The position numbers and the translations under genes are program-made. 24,000 nt of DNA, taken from NCBI GenBank assembly GCA_050330855.1, contig JBHJNL010000051.1:1-24000 (forward strand), in the 5' to 3' direction. Under the pieces are notes generated by a model. That model did no database searches. It worked only from the letters and a program-made list of their open reading frames with translations, and was not told the origin of the DNA. Origin of the DNA: Thermosynechococcaceae cyanobacterium (GTDB lineage: Bacteria > Cyanobacteriota > Cyanobacteriia > Thermosynechococcales > Thermosynechococcaceae). Shown here piece by piece: positions 22,919-24,000 of the stretch; position 1 is the stretch's first letter, and the number at the start of each line of letters is the position of its first letter.

Positions 22919-24000
22919 TTAGAACTCCAGTCGCTGATACTCGGCGACGGAAGCTGCAGCCGGTCTAGCCCGTTGGCTGGCCCAGTCTCTGAGGGCCGAA
23001 ACCTGCTCTGTCATGGTCTTTGAGAGCGGCAGAGTGGCTCGACTGGCTGCAATAATATCGAGTTGGGTAAATTCGCGGTCTTGGGCAAAGGCTTCATACA
23101 TAGCGGCCACAATAGCCTGTTCAATTTCTGCGCCGGAGAAGCCATCGCAGACGTTTGCCAACTGGGAAATATCAAACCGCTCAATATCTTGGCGGCGTTT
23201 CGATAGATGAATGCTAAAAATCTCTTGGCGCTCTTCTGGGGTGGGCAAATCGACGAAGAAAATCTCGTCAAATCGTCCCTTTCGTAAGAACTCGCCGGGA
23301 AGGCGGTCCACTCGGTTAGCAGTTGCCATCACAAAGACCGGAGAGCTTTTCTCCTGCATCCAGGTCAGGAAGGAGCCAAAAATTCGACTGGAAGTGCCGC
23401 CATCGGAGTCGGCGGAGCCAGCACCGCCAGCGAAAGCTTTGTCCATTTCGTCAATAAACAGAATCACGGGGGAAATAGACTCGGCTGTTTTCAACGCGCT
23501 GCGTAGATTGGCCTCTGATCGCCCTACCGTAGAGCCGTCATAGACGCGCCCCATATCGAGTCGCAGCAGCGGCAGACCCCACAGGCGGGAGGTGGTTTTT
23601 GCAATCAGTGACTTGCCGCAGCCAGGAACACCTAAAATCAGCATCCCTTTAGGCTGGGGCAGGCCATATTCTCGTGCTCTTTCGGTGAAGGCGTTGGAGC
23701 GTTGTTGTAGCCAATGCTTAAGCTCGTCTAGGCCACCAATAGACTCAAGGGATTCATCAAAGTCGATGTATTCTAGAATGCCGTTGCGTCGGATTAACTG
23801 TTTCTTTTCGGTCAGGACAATATCAACTTCTGTTTCGGTGAGCTGTCCGGCAGTGACGGTGGCTTTGCGATAGACCTTTTCGGCTTCGTCTCTGGTCAGT
23901 CCTAGGGCTGCTTTTAAGAGTTTTTCGCGGGTATCAGTAGAAATTTTAGAACCCTTTAAACCCTCGGTGAGAATATCGTCAATCTCTGGCATCGTGGGCA
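22919..24000 (-). CDS. ycf46: Ycf46-like AAA+ ATPase, probably N-terminally truncated by the window edge
   Basis: Walker A is GVPGCGKSLIAKT and Walker B is ILFIDEMDK. The second region of homology, ATANRVDRLPGEFLRKGRFDEIFFVDLP, and the C-terminal lid are present. The frame stays open beyond the ATG at 23992 to position 24000, and family members are longer (about 500 aa). Confidence 0.85.
   Translation of the reverse strand, partial: PTMPEIDDILTEGLKGSKISTDTREKLLKAALGLTRDEAEKVYRKATVTAGQLTETEVDIVLTEKKQLIRRNGILEYIDFDESLESIGGLDELKHWLQQRSNAFTERAREYGLPQPKGMLILGVPGCGKSLIAKTTSRLWGLPLLRLDMGRVYDGSTVGRSEANLRSALKTAESISPVILFIDEMDKAFAGGAGSADSDGGTSSRIFGSFLTWMQEKSSPVFVMATANRVDRLPGEFLRKGRFDEIFFVDLPTPEERQEIFSIHLSKRRQDIERFDISQLANVCDGFSGAEIEQAIVAAMYEAFAQDREFTQLDIIAASRATLPLSKTMTEQVSALRDWASQRARPAAASVAEYQRLEF

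Noticed and set aside
1-24000. Screen for CRISPR arrays, transposases, integrases, IS inverted repeats, phage genes, toxin-antitoxin pairs and known defence-system signatures.
   Set aside because: None was found. The only tandem repeat is the two-copy element at 3685-3950, which has no CRISPR-like short repeat/spacer periodicity. HIP1 density is even across the window and the gene content is core cyanobacterial. The window does not look like an accessory or mobile island.

Overview
The window is cyanobacterial chromosomal DNA. I counted at least 15 copies of the HIP1 octamer GCGATCGC by eye, against roughly 0.4 expected by chance. It is mostly housekeeping and signalling genes. I support about 24 protein genes:
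- Metabolism: LD-carboxypeptidase, pterin-4a-carbinolamine dehydratase, nadA, cdsA, coaX, thrB.
- Redox and cofactor: a small dicluster ferredoxin, and an FdhF/YdeP-like molybdopterin oxidoreductase apparently coupled to an IscS/NifS-type cysteine desulfurase.
- Signalling: a STAS / receiver-PP2C / RsbW-like partner-switching set, and a 912-aa multi-GAF protein.
- Envelope and DNA: an NhaP-type antiporter with an RCK domain, a DUF3747+SLH envelope protein, and an SbcD-like nuclease.
- Other: a ycf46-like AAA+ ATPase followed by ycf35 (DUF1257), DUF2949, and several hypotheticals.

There is also one tRNA-Leu(GAG) and three intrinsic terminators. The ORF track misses two genes: a 53-aa high-light-inducible protein (3320-3481, minus) and an edge-truncated membrane protein (1-517, minus).

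The most unusual feature is the 680-bp non-coding gap between hli and nadA. It holds two tandem copies, 140 bp apart, of a structured element. A 46-nt core is 45/46 identical, and next to it is a 9-bp hairpin whose three differing base pairs all covary. On the minus strand each hairpin is followed by a T-tract, so I read them as two paralogous small RNAs of about 85 nt with exposed C-rich motifs. They match no family I recognise. Both copies also carry a conserved plus-strand mini-ORF, which I report as a competing explanation.

A second point of interest is a 202-aa protein built from four 24-residue MshEN/T2SSE_N-like repeats, a possible stand-alone c-di-GMP receptor. I saw no CRISPR array, transposase, integrase or obvious defence island. 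All calls come from reading the sequence and from recalled motifs; no database search was run.
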